A DNA stretch of 63,648 nucleotides, filler included, from Octopus bimaculoides (Eukaryota): assembly GCF_001194135.2 (NCBI RefSeq). It is 7 parts of 7 records of this genome, joined end to end, with 100 filler letters (N's around TTAATTAATTAA, not from the genome) between each part and the next. Parts side by side here need not be neighbours in the genome. Positions count along the whole stretch, not along the records: positions 1 to 23,353 come from NC_068984.1; 6 more parts are not named here. The stretch is one strand, 5' to 3'. Position 1 is the stretch's first letter; every line of letters starts with the position of its first letter. Of the stretch, positions 1 through 10,599 are shown piece by piece. The notes beneath the pieces are model-generated. The model had not been told where the DNA came from, did no database searches, and saw nothing but the letters and a program-made list of their open reading frames with translations. The position numbers were made by a program, and so were the translations under genes.

Positions 1-50
<50 letters not shown>

Positions 51-362
51 TTATTGTATATATATTGGATATGTGTGTTGTGTGCAGCCTTTTTCATTTC
101 AATACAAATTCATTAATCATCGTTCAAGGATAACACGGTACGCTCAATTGTGAACCATGTAACGCTTATCACGGATTGATCTGTGATACCACGAGTCAGC
201 AATAATCAAAGATTCTGCTTGTACTGCAAAAACATGCCCCTGTGGCTACCCACAATGCTCAGCTACCCAGAATTCACTGTTAATAGCTTGTCTTTACATG
301 ACCACGCTGCGAGGCTGCGTATTTTTTTAATACGGATTTATGTATCCATCAACACGGGACCA

Positions 363-562
363 ATGAATAGAAAAAGTACAAATGCGTCTGATCCTAACAA
401 ACGACGCAGACGAGTGTGTTCTCTACAGGAAAAGGTAGAGATGATCAAGAAAATAAACAATGGCGGAAGTTTCACTTCTGTTCGCCTCGAGTTCACTGTC
501 AATGATTCTACTATCACTGATTCATTTATCACTGTATACCTGGGATGAACGAGGGTAGACGT
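363..562 (+). mobile_element. Tigger/pogo-like DNA transposon remnant (CENP-B-type N-terminal HTH)
   Basis: MNRKSTNASDPNKRRRRVCSLQEKVEMIKKINNGGSFTSVRLEFTVNDSTITD fits the pogo/Tigger HTH_psq pattern. It truncates and is followed by a TIR-like GGATGAACGAGGGTAGACG-TA. Confidence 0.65.
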
Positions 563-747
563 ATAACGAAACTGCCAACCGTCTGGTGTTTGTGCGTATG
601 GAGTAGCTTTGTATATATATATCGCGATATCCTTTGTGTTCTGTTTTCAATCTNNNNNNNNNNNNNNNNNNNNNNNNNNNNNNNNNNNNNNNNNNNNNNN
701 NNNNNNNNNNNNNNNNNNNNNNNNNNNNNNNNNNNNNNNNNNNNNNN

Positions 748-781
<34 letters not shown>

Positions 782-1984
782 GTTTTTCCATTATTTTCGT
801 AGACCGTCAACCTGATGGTATTTCAGCTCTTACCTTTAGTTTGTCTCTCCTTTTTTTCTTTTTATTTGTTTCAGCCATTTGACCCGGCCATGCTCGGGCA
901 CTACCTTGAAGGGTTGAATCGAACATATTGACCCAAGTACTTATTTTTAAACCCGGTACGTATTTTATCGTTTTGTTTTACTGAACCACTAAGTTGCGGG
1001 GACATAAACACACAAATACCGGTTGTTAAGCGATGGTGGATACACACACACGATGGGCTTCCACACAATTTCCGTCAACCAAATTCACTCACAAGGCACT
1101 GGTCGGTCAGAAACTTGAGTAGAAGGCAATTGCCCAATGTATCGAGGGATCGAACCTGAAACTACATGGTTGAAAAGCGAGCTTCATTTCAGTTTCCGAT
1201 ACACGATATGCTCCATCGAGTTTCGCAAATAATAACATCCCCACTCCCTTCCCAGCATCTTTACAGCATATCATATTGTTCTTATCTCATATCGATAAAA
1301 CAAGCATTGTACTCCCCACACCTTTCAAACTGATCGATTGTCATCAGTTGTAATCGAAGATTAGACGGCGTTCTGAACATGCTTTGTTCCATTGGTTGAA
1401 TCTAACTATCTATAAAGTTTATTCAAGTTTAGCCAACCAAAACAAACAAGGTATTTGTCAACCCTAGGTGAAGTTTGTCTTCATAGGTCTGAGTCTGGCG
1501 TTCGCTTCCATTATATTCTATTGATCTTTTTTTTTTTATATAGTTATGTCGATATATTTTTTTAGTTATGTCGATATAGTTTTTATAGTTATGTTTTTCT
1601 ACAAACACTGGTCGCAATTCATCCATAACAGAAAGGACAACACTATATATTGCAATTAAGCAATATCTGTTCTATGCACAAGACAACACAAGCTAAAATA
1701 ACTGAAATAAATGTAAATTGTAGAATCCTCATTGTGGGTATAATAGTAATCGTTTCAAATTTTGACACAAGGCCAGTAATTGGGGATGTGGTTAGCCGAT
1801 TATATCAACTCTACTGCTCAACTGGTACTTATTTACTGACACCGAAAGAATAAAAGGCAAAGTCGAACTTGGCGGAATTCGAACTCAGAACATAAAGAGC
1901 CGGATGAAGTGTCCCTAAGAACACGCACGCACGGTACACAGCAACTTTTGTTCACCTTGAGATGCCATGTTTGGATCAGACACA

Positions 1985-2765
1985 AAACTTGAGAGCCTTA
2001 AAAGAATCAGTTAGTTTCTGAAGCCTTAAAGATATCTTATATTATCCAAGGAACAAGATCGGCTGAGTTTGTTGCCCAGGTAGACAAACTTGATGGTTTT
2101 ACATATGAGTTTCTTGATGCTGGCTGGAACATTACAGCAGCCATGTCGAGTCCAAATGCTTGGTAAGAGGCAGAAATATGATCCATGATAATTTGCAACT
2201 GTATGAGCGACTAAGTCGCAATCATCCACATAAAGAAGGTCACGAATAAGTGAGTGAAAAACTTTCGAATCGGCAGCAGATCGACACTAATTGAAGAGAC
2301 GACCAGAAGATCGGTCCTCACATATGTTCCAGAAGGGCAATCGATAGCAAAGGTATGAGTGAAAGTAACAGCAAAATACGAAGAAAAGAGAGTAGGGGCA
2401 ATGATGTCACCTTGCTTGATGCCATTCTCTACAGGAACGGATGATACAATGCAACCAACGACATTGACTTATACCTCCACCTCATCGCAAAATGACTTAA
2501 TTATCGATACAAAGTGACTTGGACAACTACATTTGCCGAGTATTTTCCACGGGGACGCCCTATTCTTAGTATAGAAGGGTTTGATTCAATCAACGAAAAG
2601 CTGGACAAAATCTACATTTTGCCCATAGCACTTCTACATATGTCTTTCTATGAAAATCATATCAGTTGTTCCTCTACCAGAACGAAAGCCACTTTGAGAT
2701 TCAGATAGGACGTCATTTATAAGGTATTTATTTAGGCGAGAAAGAAAGATACTTGCTAGAACCTA
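1985..2765 (-). mobile_element. RTE-clade LINE reverse transcriptase fragment (degraded)
   Basis: Minus-strand translation gives SESQSGFRSGRGTTDMIF, PVENGIKQGDIIAPTLFS, LIRDLLYVDDCDLVAH and KFVYLGNKLSRSCSLD, with stops and frameshifts. Confidence 0.85.
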
Positions 2766-3371
2766 CCCAGCAACTGACAGTAAAACAACACTTCTATAGT
2801 GGCCACACTTTATTCTGGTTCTCTTTCTTTTATAGAGAAGGACAACTGCATTCATATACGTACATATATATACACACTCACAGACACGTTATATATATAT
2901 ATATATATATATATATNNNNNNNNNNNNNNNNNNNNNNNNNNNNNNNNNNNNNNNNNNNNNNNNNNNNNNNNNNNNNNNNNNNNNNNNNNNNNNNNNNNN
3001 NNNNNNNNNNNNNNNNNNNNNNNNNNNNNNNNNNNNNNNNNNNNNNNNNNNNNNNNNNNNNNNNNNNNNNNNNNNNNNNNNNNNNNNNNNNNNNNNNNNN
3101 NNNNNNNNNNNNNNNNNNNNNNNNNNNNNNNNNNNNNNNNNNNNNNNNNNNNNNNNNNNNNNNNNNNNNNNNNNNNNNNNNNNNNNNNNNNNNNNNNNNN
3201 NNNNNNNNNNNNNNNNNNNNNNNNNNNNNNNNNNNNNNNNNNNNNNNNNNNNNNNNNNNNNNNNNNNNNNNNNNNNNNNNNNNNNNNNNNNNNNNNNNNN
3301 NNNNNNNNNNNNNNNNNNNNNNNNNNNNNNNNNNNNNNNNNNNNNNNNNNNNNNNNNNNNNNNNNNNNNNN

Positions 3372-3416
<45 letters not shown>

Positions 3417-3717
3417 TGTATAATATGCGAAAAGGCAACTGATGGTGTTATAGTAAAATGTTCTCAATAAAAGAGTAGAGAAATGAGTAAATAGTGCCAA
3501 CGCTCCATAAATCGTAATAATAATTCTATCAGTTAACCTGCTCTAATCCATTATTCTATAATAAAAATAAATAATTTTGAAAAAAATTCTGAAATAAAAC
3601 GATTACCTTAAGATCAACGATTATTTGAACATTAACCCGGTGAGAAAAATTAACAGAAACAATATTCGATTAAAATATACATCTGTGTATCATACTTAAT
3701 GCAAATATATCGTAAAT

Positions 3718-3958
3718 GGCAAATTAACTGCGGTATTCACCCGGAGATAATATCCTTTATGGAGGCACTGTGTTTAAAAGCTCAAATATATCAGCATCAG
3801 ACGAAAATCATCCAGTAGTTGCAGTGACAGCGCATTTCTGTCTCTTTGAGCTTTGTCAGTAGCCGATTTTCGTTTGTTACTGATATACTCTTGTGTTTTT
3901 AGACACTGTACGTCCCTAAGAGATTTTATCTCCGGACGAATACCGCAGTTAAGTTGCC
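3718..3958. mobile_element. MITE, 241 bp, with 37-bp terminal inverted repeats
   Basis: GGCAAATTAACTGCGGTATTCACCCGGAGATAATATC vs reverse complement of the right end GGCAACTTAACTGCGGTATTCGTCCGGAGATAAAATC (33/37). No clear TSD. Confidence 0.75.
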
Positions 3959-4671
3959 TTTTGCAATGTATCTGCTTTAAGTATAATACACATATGGATA
4001 TACTGAATAAATATTTAAAAAATCACAATTAATTATATAAATATTGACTCTATGAAGTGAGAAATTTAAGCAAATAATGGTTGTCTAATTTAGTCTCCAA
4101 CTGAATAGTTTTGAAGAGAGAGGGTTTGTCATTACTATTGAACCCCCAGTAATTGACCATTGCTTTATTTTATCGACTCCAAAAGGATGAAAGGCGAAGT
4201 TGGTCTCGGCAAGATTTAAAACCAGAAGGTAAAGAGTCGGAACACATACCGTAACATGTATGTCTATCAATCCCTGTAACGCAGTCGTTTTCTTTTGTCA
4301 TTGCAACAACGATTTGTTGGAATACATGATATAAAATAATATGGTATTTCTCTTAATCACAAGTTTAATGATTATGGGTTCTTGAGTTAATACACACGGT
4401 TTCCAAGTTCTGATTCCAACTGTAAACAAGCAGGAACACGTTCGGTGTGTTGTAGCTCTAATGCAGTTACATAATCGGAAGTTAATATTAGTCATACAAT
4501 TAACAAATGAAAACAAAATGTTTCTTCCTACATTTGAAGTTATTTTTTTGTTTTCACTATTGAAGTAGACACCAAAACTGTGTTGCTACGTACCAGTATA
4601 TGTAAATATTACTCTGTATTGTGTTTCATTTTCTGTGTAGTTGATTTTGACGTGTCGATATTATGTAAACC

Positions 4672-4841
4672 CACTAGCATAGCTAGAGGTGGCGGCGATA
4701 GAGGCGGTGCGCCGTGTACGGCACTTTTAAAGGGGCACCTCTTTTGGGTCTACTGGAGGCAATATGTGTCTTTTTTGTGGGGTCCGGGAGCGGCAAACAG
4801 AAGGGCTGCCCCAGGCGGCACACATTCTAGCTACGCTAGTG
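4672..4841. mobile_element. hAT-like MITE, 170 bp
   Basis: TIRs CACTAGCATAGCTAGA / TCTAGCTACGCTAGTG (15/16). Flanks TGTAAACC / TGTAAGTC resemble a decayed 8-bp TSD. Confidence 0.65.
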
Positions 4842-5440
4842 TGTAAGTCTATCTTTAACATTGAATTAAAGATTGAACCGCACCCTGTCAAAACGGGGGA
4901 AAAAATGTACACGTCATAAGAATTTTAAAACTTGTAGAGACGTGAATTCGTTTTTAACACTCGAACTTGAAGCAGATAAAGTTACAAGAAAAAAGTATAT
5001 AAATATTGAGTTACCAACCTCTTTTGATCGAAAAGTCAAAGCTGCCATGCTATCAAAAGGGATTTTTTTTGCATGCTATTATGTGTAGTCCCACAGTTAA
5101 AGACAAATTATCTCACGTCTGTCGAACTTTCTAAATTATGATGTCAACAACGTACAATTCTTGCTGGGAATAACAAATTTCTAAAATTGTCTGGTTAATT
5201 AGTGGGATTGTTTTGGTCTAACGGTAGAACTTTTGTCATGTTTACAAAAGATGTGGGTTCTGGTCCCACAGAAAGTCTTCGACTTCAGATTTTTCAATCA
5301 AATGTCTACATGCTAATATTTATAGATTTTATCTGCTTTGAGTTCCACAGTTAAAAATAGATTTTTCAGTAATTATTAACGAAAGTTTGGTCTCCCTTGT
5401 ACAGTAGTTTATAAATACTAGAGAAAACACCTTAACGAGC

Positions 5441-5560
5441 TGTAGTGACGTCATTTGGCGCCAAAATACAGTCGCCATTACTGCGTTTTCATCTACGCAT
5501 GCGCAGGGAATAGTTCCGGAAGGAACACAGGAAGAGTCCCATGCGCATGCGTGGAATTCA
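5441..5560. promoter_or_regulatory. Motif cluster: CRE, NRF-1-like x2, ETS/GABP-like (host promoter or LTR U3)
   Basis: TGACGTCA 5446-5453, CGCATGCGCA 5496-5505, TTCCGGAA 5514-5521, ATGCGCATGCG 5541-5551; CpG-enriched relative to flanks. Confidence 0.5.
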
Positions 5561-5975
5561 ACATCTAAACATTCCCGCTCTTTTCATTCTCTTTCTCGGC
5601 CGGCCGGCCATGAGCATGGTCATGTCAAGCTGTCTCTCCAGCATTCCAACTCTGGGGACAGCTCACATCAACATTCCAACGTCTCAGCAACCAAGATTAA
5701 GGCTGCCTATTTCCTCCATAAATAAATATTGTTGTGTTGATAGTTCAGAGTTCTGCGTTCCGTTATTATTTAGAATTTAATATAGGAAAGCGGGTGTACA
5801 CCTAATGGTGTATAACCACTTTCCTATAATTGGTGACCCCGAACAAAGAACAATCGCAGCCGAGGATTCTGATCTACCGACCAATAATGTTACAACTGGT
5901 GACCCGACTAAAGAACGACAGCAGCCGAAAATCTGAACTGCGACCAATAATACTACAATTGGTACCCCGAGCTAA
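5560..5975 (+). mobile_element. Gypsy-like LTR 3' part plus repeated tRNA-Trp PBS (5' boundary uncertain, possibly 5441)
   Basis: AATAAA at 5721, hairpin 5781-5828, then TGGTGACCCCGA at 5831. This matches the tRNA-Trp 3' end complement TGGTGACCCCGACGTGAT. No second LTR or pol recognised. Confidence 0.5.
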
Positions 5976-7040
5976 AAAGATCTTCGGACCTTATTTCAAC
6001 AGCCATTGAATTCGTATGTTTCGCGACGTTCAACATCAGGATTGCCTCTACATTCTCATCAAACACAAGTGAAAAGCTAAGAAAATTTTTTCTACGTTAA
6101 AGTTTCTCATTTTGTCAATGACTTCTAGAGCCTATAAACAAAAAACTTCTTTATTGCTAAGACCTTTGTGGTTTTTCATACAAAAAACTTCACGGTTATT
6201 TCATTCTAACAACTTTTTGAGCAATTTCCTACGTGTTTTCACGAGACGTCAATTCATTCGCTTACAGCGTCCTCTACTTGCTGAAAATAGCAGTAAAATG
6301 CACAGTTACATTTCAGTGAGTACATAACATTTATTGATGCTTACTTGCTCCCAGTTCAGCATATTTCACACCTCTCCGTTTCTCTCGGCCGGAGAATGGA
6401 AGAGTTACTGGCTTATATTCATTTGCATCGAGATCTTTTGTTCATTTTCGCTCGCAGCTCCGAATTCAACAGCATCTCCAGCTACAACTTCTTACATGAC
6501 ATGTGCCTCTCCCCGGCTCTGCTATGCGGCCTCAACTTCTTGTTACAGCACCTCAACCACTGTGCACCTTGAATACGAACTGGTATTTACCATCCTTGTG
6601 TCTGGACTTTCTTCTAACGCCTTATTATAGACTCTTTCTATGCTCTGAACTTATCGCACACGCATACATCCCTGTTTGTATACACATACACTTTGTATAC
6701 ATGACGGCCTGTCTATTATTATGTTTATATCTCGCACACACACAGACACACAAGTTGACATATCAATAAAATCTTCTCTTAAACCTTCTACCGGTTGTGT
6801 CTCTCTTTTCCTTCTGGCACTTATACTCGTTTATCCTCTTTTCATATTTTTATTTGTATCGACCGTGCGATGTACTAAAGGAGCCATTCCTCGTCACCTC
6901 TCCTGATCGCACGGTCCTTACAGATGCAAATCTAATTACTTGTCTCCTTCTAAAATCAGGCATAACTTGACGATCGGTCGACTTACAACACCGTTCTTCG
7001 TCTTATGTTTACTTGGTAGAGTTTGTTTGTTAACTTGACA

Positions 7041-7125
7041 AGGTCAAGGTGAGCTCTGATTGGCTGTATGCAAATGAGTTCATTGCTGGAGTCCGGAACT
7101 CTCGTGGGAAAAAACTTCGCGCCCT
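7041..7125. promoter_or_regulatory. Dense TF-site cluster (NF-Y, octamer, ETS, CSL/Su(H), E2F-like)
   Basis: CTGATTGGC 7056-7064, ATGCAAAT 7068-7075, CCGGAA 7093-7098, CGTGGGAA 7103-7110, TTCGCGCC 7116-7123, AGGTCA 7041-7046. Confidence 0.45.
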
Positions 7126-8170
7126 GGTCAGACCGCCTCCTCGACATCCCCACCCAGCTACACTACTACTAATAATCAACTTTAATATATTGATTTCAAA
7201 TTTTGGCACAAGGCCAGCAATTTCGGGGGGAGGATATACGTCGACTACTTCGAGCCCAGAGCTCAACTGGTACTTATTTTATCGACTACGAAAGGATGAA
7301 AGGCAAAGTGAACTCCGGTGACGGTTGAACTCAGAATTTAAAGTCGGAAGAAATGTTGCTAAGCATTTTTCTCGGCACGGTAACGATTCTGTTTGCTGGT
7401 CACCTTACTCCACTTTAATATATTGAAAACTGCTCCATCACTCCTGAATGATTCGATTATAAGTGCAGAAGAGAACGATATATTTTTATCTTTTAGTCAA
7501 GAGACAATGCAGTGCCCATGACCCTTTACTGGGCTTTCAAGACTGATGGGAAGGAAGGAGGGAAGGAAGGGAGGACGGAAGGAAGGACTGTAGGAAAAAA
7601 AACGAAACTACTAACTCATTGAGTACAGAACTTCGTCAAACACAAAAAACTTTTGCATGGTGATGACTTATGGCGATGGTGGTGGTAGTGAAACTGCTGG
7701 TTATGATGACGATATTGATGTTGACGACGGCCTATTCGTCGTGGTCGTGGTTGTCGACGTCTCCGTTATTGCTGTTTGGCCCCAGGCCAGCTTTGAAGGA
7801 GAAAATTTATAATCCAACGCGTTCCGATAACGTCCACCTCGTCTAGGACGTATTTCAAAAGTAATATGGTTGCTATTTCTTGCAGTTCAAGGTGGCAAAG
7901 TAAAGGTTCCCTACGCAGCCTTGAGAATATAGTTTTTAAATCTACAATGCGTATCTATATTTCCTCTCTGTCACCTTAAAAATAATTAGTTTTGCATTTA
8001 ATAAATAAATACATAAATAAATAAACAAATAAATAAATAGAGAAACAAATAAACAAATATATAAATAAATAGAAACAAATAAAAAAAACAAACAAATAAA
8101 TATATTTCCAAGAGGAGACAATCTGATAAATCCACAGTTATCTACCCTGACTTCCCTGTAGTATTTGCTG

Positions 8171-8226
8171 TATAAAAGTGAAAAACCATTTGTTTCCCTT
8201 CCTTTCGCATCAAGATGGCTTCTCAA
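8171..8226 (+). promoter_or_regulatory. SSR4: SSR4 core promoter: TATA box, TCT-like initiator, TISU-like start context
   Basis: TATAAAAG at 8171-8178; pyrimidine tract TCCTTTCG with C8202 31 nt downstream; CAAGATGGCTTC around ATG 8215 matches TISU SAASATGGCGGC at 10/12. Confidence 0.55.
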
Positions 8227-8290
8227 CTTCCCTCAATGATGATCGTCTCTATCTTTTCTTTGCTTCTGCTTCTACCTTTATTCGCTTCAG
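8215..8290 (+). CDS. SSR4: SSR4 (TRAP-delta) exon 1, signal peptide
   Basis: MASQLPSMMIVSIFSLLLLLPLFAS+G, donor AG|GTTTGT, phase 1, in frame with exon 2. Confidence 0.85.
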
Positions 8291-9220
8291 GTTTGTTAAA
8301 TTTATTAATTTACATATTAATATATATTTTTTTATTAAAAAAAAAAACAATGATGATTATTTCATTACAGATTATAACAGCATTTGTCTGAAAGTAAAAC
8401 TGCCTTAAACAGACGATAATTGTTGACGTGGCGTTTTCTAAACTCCCTGAAATATTGTTTTGTTGGCAGCTGTCTGCTAGTTTTAAACATCGCTTAGGAT
8501 GCGTGATTAATTGCTGTTTTAATATAACATAAATCTAATTTTAAGTGATCTTTGGCTGAAACATTTAGAATTTAATTTACCTTTCCGCCTACAAATCAAT
8601 GAAGATAACAAACTTAGAATAGCTTTTTAAATAATTGAATTTAAAACATGGGGATAGAATGGAATGAGATTAAACTTATTGATTAGTTTTAATCTAGGTT
8701 TTTGTATTGGAAATTCTAATTTTTATAACCTGACTGAAATGTTTGTTATATATTCTATTGATCCAGTTTATACTAAAGCATTTTATTTCTCTAATATCCT
8801 GTAAAGATATTCGTATTTTAATTGCATATCTATATACAGACCTCTGTGTGATTACTTAACCTACTATGAAGTATTTTACCATTTTGATTCTAATATTAAA
8901 AAAAAAAAAAATGTGTACTGATGATAAAAGGAAAAACGTATTGTTACAACATATATGTATATATTATATTGAATAAAAATTACACACATACATGCATACA
9001 TGAAAATGTATGTATTCACGCCTGTATGTATATCTAATTTTTATTCAATCTAACATTATAGTTCCTTTTCAGCCAATTTTGTGAAAAGGAACTATAAGCT
9101 CGTGTATGAAACCGATTGGTTATAATGAACACACCCACTGTTGACAAATATATGGGTACTTGTTTTTTCTGACTTATGGGTTCTTAGAGGACTATATATA
9201 TATATGTATATATATATATA

Positions 9221-9309
9221 GGCGGACCTGGCGCAAAAAGATAGGAATCCGGTGAAAAAAAAATCGGGAAGGTCAGTATGTGGGGGGAGGTGACTGCGTT
9301 AGGCCCGCC
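9221..9309. mobile_element. Small MITE in a TA tract
   Basis: TAGGCGGACCT / AGGCCCGCCTA inverted ends (10/11), TA flanks. Confidence 0.5.
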
Positions 9310-9319
9310 TATATATACA

Positions 9320-9446
9320 CAGCGTGTCCACAAAGTCTGGGTACATGGGGATTAATACATACTTTAAAAAATTATTATTTCTTATATTTAATTTATTATG
9401 TTATGATTTAATTTACTCCATGTACCCAGACCTTGTGGGCACCCTG
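9320..9446. mobile_element. Tc1/mariner-type MITE
   Basis: ~28-bp TIRs CAGCGTGTCCACAAAGTCTGGGTACATGG / CCATGTACCCAGACCTTGTGGGCACCCTG, followed by TA. Confidence 0.7.
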
Positions 9447-9448
9447 TA

Positions 9449-9686
9449 TATTACTGATGTAGGCCGGTTTATAGGCTTCCCCTGGGTTTCTCTCCATAGA
9501 GGATACCTTCATAGCGTATCTTCAGAACCTAAGACCTGTTGGCCTATGGCCTCTTTAAAACACAGAGGGAAAACGATTGATATAAACAATGGGAATTATC
9601 TCCCACGTTTCCCGATCCATATTTTAAAGAGGCCATAAGCCAACAGGTCTTAGGATCTACCTGTAAACCGGCCTTCACCAATAATA
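9449..9686. mobile_element. Foldback MITE with outer and inner inverted repeats
   Basis: Outer arms ...GTAGGCCGGTTTATAGG / CCTGTAAACCGGCCTTC...; inner 33-bp arms 9528-9560 and 9622-9654 with 1 mismatch. Confidence 0.7.
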
Positions 9687-10599
9687 TAGACTGGAGTGTG
9701 CTTCTTTGGATTTATGTTTTTCTAAAAACAAAAAACAAAAACGATATATACATACAAAATTTGCTTACCTTCATTATGAATAATCACATTTATACGAAAA
9801 TTATGAATAACGTGTATTTCAGTCCTTGAATTGTGATTTTAAAAACAGTTGAAAACGGATATTAAATAATGTATGGATATCTATAAAAGAAGTCTGGATG
9901 GTCATTGTTAATACTGATGAGTTGACTGAAAGGAATTGTGTTGTACAGGATATTTCTATTAATATGATGAATAATGAAAGTGCAATTAATTTTTTTGCAT
10001 CGTTGGGATTCAGTATTATGCTGCAATGAACCCAATATGTTTGCAGAATTGCCACATATTGCTCTGTGTAGTTTTGTATTGATGTGCAACAGTTAAATGC
10101 TTCAACAGTTTTACCATTAAAGATTTTAAAGTAAAATAAATCAAAAACATTTTATAAAATATCAGTTCCACAATTACCATTTTGTTACATTAGGTTTGTG
10201 CCACTTTCATTTCATTTCAAAGAACACTATTCTTTTATGTTAAGTTTTACTGCCAAGTGTTATGTGTATGTCTGTAATCTTGGTGGTTGGTTTTGCATAT
10301 TGTGTCAGGGCCTTTTGAGATTGCAACTAATAAGCTGTTTTAGAGCCAGTTTCACAGTTTCTGTAGCATATTCAGCGTGCAGTGAATATATTGTCGTCTA
10401 AATGATGCAAAAATAAAAATAACACTGACATCCCATTTTAACAGATGTATTTACCAAAATTACATTAAAATATCTTGAAATACTAAAGAGTAAATTTATT
10501 CAATAAAATCACTATTTGCTTCAACCATGGCCTCTGGACAACTTTGGAATCTCCTGCAACTTTTTCGGACAGTCTCTGTGTTTAAGTTGGTGAATGTTG

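Noticed and set aside
5205-5275. tRNA-like sequence
   Set aside because: Degenerate A/B boxes and no cloverleaf; probably an old SINE head. No true tRNA gene is supported in the window.
5831-5985. CRISPR-like repeat-spacer appearance
   Set aside because: Eukaryotic context, no cas genes, and the inter-repeat segments are homologous to each other, so it is a tandem repeat.
6334-6630. Overlapping ORFs (MEELLAYIHLHRD..., ...AAPNSTASPATTS...) downstream of the PBS array
   Set aside because: Could be decayed gag, but I recognise no motif and cannot assign a product.
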